DNA from: Psammoneis japonica
Lineage: Eukaryota
NCBI GenBank assembly: GCA_008632985.1
Contig: QPGO01000014.1
Span: 496,001-560,000 of the forward strand
Length of the DNA stretch: 64,000 nt
Reading direction: 5' to 3'
The stretch's first letter is position 1. Each line of letters starts with the position of its first letter. Below the pieces are notes generated by a model. The model did no database searches, had not been told where the DNA came from, and saw only the letters and a program-made list of their open reading frames with translations. A program made the translations under genes and the position numbers. This document shows positions 60,550 to 64,000 of the stretch, piece after piece.

Positions 60550-63500
60550 AGCATTTTCTCATCACATTTCCCTGATGCACAACTGAGCGTGCATCATTTT
60601 GCTCTGATCCATTTAAAAACCCACAACAGGTGTCCTTGCCTTTTCCTCCCAAGTCCCAGACAGTTTTTGCTGCAGCCAGGCAACAACCTCCTCACCCCAG
60701 TTTGATGACATTTTTGGGAACATTTGTGGGAGACACCTCCATCAAGAGCATCCTGCCATTCTGCAGTTAAATGCAGGCATGGCAGGTCTGCCCACAACAG
60801 CATTTTGTCAGCTGTCAGTCTGGCACTGATTTTGTCACATTGAGCAACCCAGTGCAACACCCAGTGCTTCTCTTCACAATTGGGGCTGGTGGGTCATTCT
60901 CAGCAGCAATGGGACATGGGCAACATGAGGGCATTGGTCGCCAGAAGCTCAGAAAGTGGTGGAGAGAAAACAAGCTCATTGTCAGCTCACAACCAGATGA
61001 CCCCCAATTCCAAGGATCCATTTTCAGCCTTTTAACTCTCAAAAAAAGCTGATGGGGACAGCACGTGAATTCTCAGAAAATGACACAGAAACACAGAGGG
61101 CCACCTCTCTGCTGCACCTGGGTGTTTGCACATGTCTCCATCACCAGGTTTTCTGTGAAGCCAGAATGCAAACATTCAAGAATGCCAGCATGCCAAGAGA
61201 CATTTCCTTGCAACACATGTTGCAGCTGTCAGCACCACATGGGAAATGAGTGAGTGAACACCCTTTGCTTGCACAGGAGTTGAGATGATGTCAGATGAGA
61301 AACAGAGTGTCGATGAGGGCATGTGGTTTTTTGCTTCAGATCTCTCATTGGTTCATTTGCAGAAAAGTCTTTTTGGGCAAGTGAAGAATGCACAAGGCAC
61401 AGAGCAACACCTGGTGCAACCCAAACAAAAACATGAATTGAGTGAGAGCAGGGTCATCATTTCTTGTGCCCACAGGAACTTTGTTGCTTTCTCATTTCTG
61501 AGCAGGGACTCTTGCATGAGTGAACTTGCCATCACACAGGGGCACAGTGCAAGCAGTCAAGTGCTTGTTGTCAAGTCCCTTGAGGGTGTGCTCATTGGCC
61601 TTTTGGTGAGCTGCACACTCATCTCCATGGCCTCCAAGTTTTAACCCCACCTGTCATGTCCATCAAATGATCACCAAACATGTTTGGGAAATCTGTTGCA
61701 GCACCCCCATCCAGAGCACCCAGCCACTCAACCACAGCCAGATCTGTGGCAGCAAGATCTCCACTTGAGCTGCCCTCCAGAGCTTTAAGATCACATCTTC
61801 TGGTGCTGCCCAAACATCCTTCCAAAAGTCATGTGTGCCAGATTCAGGCAAGATTGTAACAGCATTGGTGCAATTTTTGGCAACTCCAAGCAACTGACTG
61901 ATGCACTTCTTTTTGTGTGAGAAATGAAGTGGTGTGCCATTTGGCACCAATCAATCAGTGAGAGCACCAAGATGTCAGGTGTGTTGAGCCAGAAATCTCT
62001 TCCTCTGGGACTTCATCATTTGTCCTCTGGTTGTTTCACATGTGCCGTCAGATGCAAGAAACATTGAGGCACCCTGCAGTCATGAACAACAGCTGTCACT
62101 GTGTCCAGATGTGGCCCCCTTTCTTGTGCAAGGAAGAAAGCTCATTGCAGCCATGACCATTTGCAAAGACACTCCCAGGTTGTCACTGTAAATCAATTTA
62201 ACCTTTGCAAAAAACATTTGGTTGGAGAGCAGAGCCTGCAGTTTGTTGCAAGAAATTGTGTTGACCACAGAGCTTTCTTCTGTGCTTTTCTTTCAGATGG
62301 ACCACAGAGCTTTCTTCTGTGCTTTTCTTTCAGATGGCATGTGTGCCCCATCCCAGGTTGTGACCTCAAGAGTGTTCTTGGCAGTGGCAAGACCACTGCT
62401 CCACTTTTTCACCAACATCTTGGGAGAAGCAGTCAATGTGTGCATCATGAGGTCAACATGGCAATCCCAGTGAGCTTCAGTGTCACAGCCATTGCATGAC
62501 CCATCTCAACTCTCAGAATCATTGCAAGAGAAAGCACATGTCTGGGCTGCCACAAACAGCAATGAGCACTTCTGTTGTCAGCTCATTCCACAACAACATT
62601 CTCTTCATGGTGAGCAGTTTGGAGCAAGTGAGCTGAATCACTGCACTTGCTTCTTGCACTCATCAATGCCACAAATGTTTCAGCCAAAGCATCAGCTGCT
62701 CTCTTTGGCATGCACTCTTGGTGCACATGACATTTCCTCCTTTTGGACAGAAGCATCAGAGAGAGACTCTGACTTCAGTGGTGACATCAGCTCCAGATGT
62801 GGCAGTTTTTCCAGATCTGCCTGAGCAGGTTTTTGCAATTCAAAGACCAACACTGCTCCTTCTTGTTGCAATGGGATCTTGACCTTGTTCTGGGTCCACC
62901 AACATGGCAGCAGCCATGCAAATGGGAATGTTCCTCAACAGTTTGTGCTCTTTGCAGCATGGACTTGCAACAACAGTGCCATCAGGACTCAAAAACATTG
63001 TGGGTGCAAGTCCAAACTGCTCTTGCAATTGTGCGCCCTCAGCACTTTGGGCTGATTGGATTGAGTGATGACTGTCTTTGAGGAAATGTCTGGTGCCTGC
63101 AGGTTTGGATGAGTCCTTCCTAAAATGACCTTTGTGCTGGTGCAATCATTCATAAAAAGAAACTAACATGAAAGTTTGGATGAACACAAAGGCACAGAAA
63201 ATTGGATGTCATCAAAACATGTGAGTTTCTTTTGAACAAAGGAAGCAGATCTTAACTTTGCAAGGATTCCAAAACACAAGTGGTGGAGAGATTGATGGAG
63301 GAACATCAAAGGTGGCAGCTCTCATGTGGCAACTGACACTTGTTGGCATGCATCAGAAAAGAAGAGACAGCGCAGAGGATTGGCCACCTGCTGAGCCAAA
63401 CAACAAGCAACACATGCAGTTGTTTGTCACACCTTTCTTGAAGTGAGTGCCTCTCAGATGGACAGCAATTCCTGCATTGCTTTTTGACCACATTCAACAA

Positions 63501-64000
63501 GTGTTTGTCCTGCAGCTCTGTTTCTTGCACAATGTTTGTGTTGCGGCCAGGAAAAAAGACACCATGTCCGGCCGACTGCAATGACGAAACCAAACTTCCT
63601 CAAATGGGTCTGCCTTGTGAACAGTTCCCAGTGCCTCCCTCACCCAGTGAATGCTGCAGCAGCTGTTAACCTGAAACCTGAGGAGGACAGACCAAAGACT
63701 TGCACCACACATTTTTGAATGTCACCTTGCTTCACCAGGTGTGCTCAAGCCCCATCGGTTGTTTTGTTGCATTGCTGGGTTTGTTCCCAAAGCAGCTGTC
63801 TCCCCTTTGATGGATGTTGGATCCTGAATGTCCAGGCAGCCCCACAGACTGTTGCTGCAGTTTTTTTTTGCAGTTCCTAAACTTGTCCATGTCATTGCAG
63901 GTGACCCAGTCCACATCACCTGGGGCCCCAGTTTGATGAAAAATGTTGACTTGAGCTGCAGTCTGAACACAAATGTTCCTTGCACGCGTTCACATTGAAG
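60550..64000 (-). mobile_element. Heavily hypermutated Copia (CoDi-like) relic; boundaries uncertain, may extend beyond the window
   Basis: Minus-strand LVKKWSSGLATAKNTLEVTT (~62370-62430, pre-integrase motif) and LLGVAKNCTNA..ILPESG...KDVWA (~61800-61900); CpG/TpA nearly absent. Confidence 0.65.

Noticed and set aside
3140..64000. Alternative genetic code or classical RIP as the explanation of the odd composition
   Set aside because: Flanking genes use standard Tyr codons and TAA/TAG/TGA stops; RIP would enrich TpA, not deplete it.

Overview
Eukaryotic DNA, most likely a pennate diatom (inferred from short GT-AG introns, signal peptide + Phe plastid presequences and CoDi-like Copia elements). 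The left 40 kb is a tandem cluster of secreted S8 subtilase genes: two near-intact copies and two pseudogenes. It is interleaved with a complete Ty1/copia LTR element, two Ngaro-type tyrosine-recombinase retrotransposons, a 5-kb TIR element carrying a 2.6-kb palindrome, and several MITEs. The right 24 kb holds ordinary genes (RCC1-repeat protein, amino-acid transporter, aldo-keto reductase, RluA pseudouridine synthase, acyl-CoA dehydrogenase, PLC-like phosphodiesterase, LON-N domain protein) separated by degraded TE blocks. The main signal is a repeat-targeted hypermutation that removes both CpG and TpA, converting both to TpG/CpA. The TpA arm runs opposite to fungal RIP. It is visible in paralog pairs, LTR pairs, TTAA target-site duplications and Tyr->His/Cys changes at conserved TE residues. 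It has sharp boundaries, spares YTAR contexts and leaks into neighbouring genes. All alignments and counts were made by eye, and novelty could not be checked.
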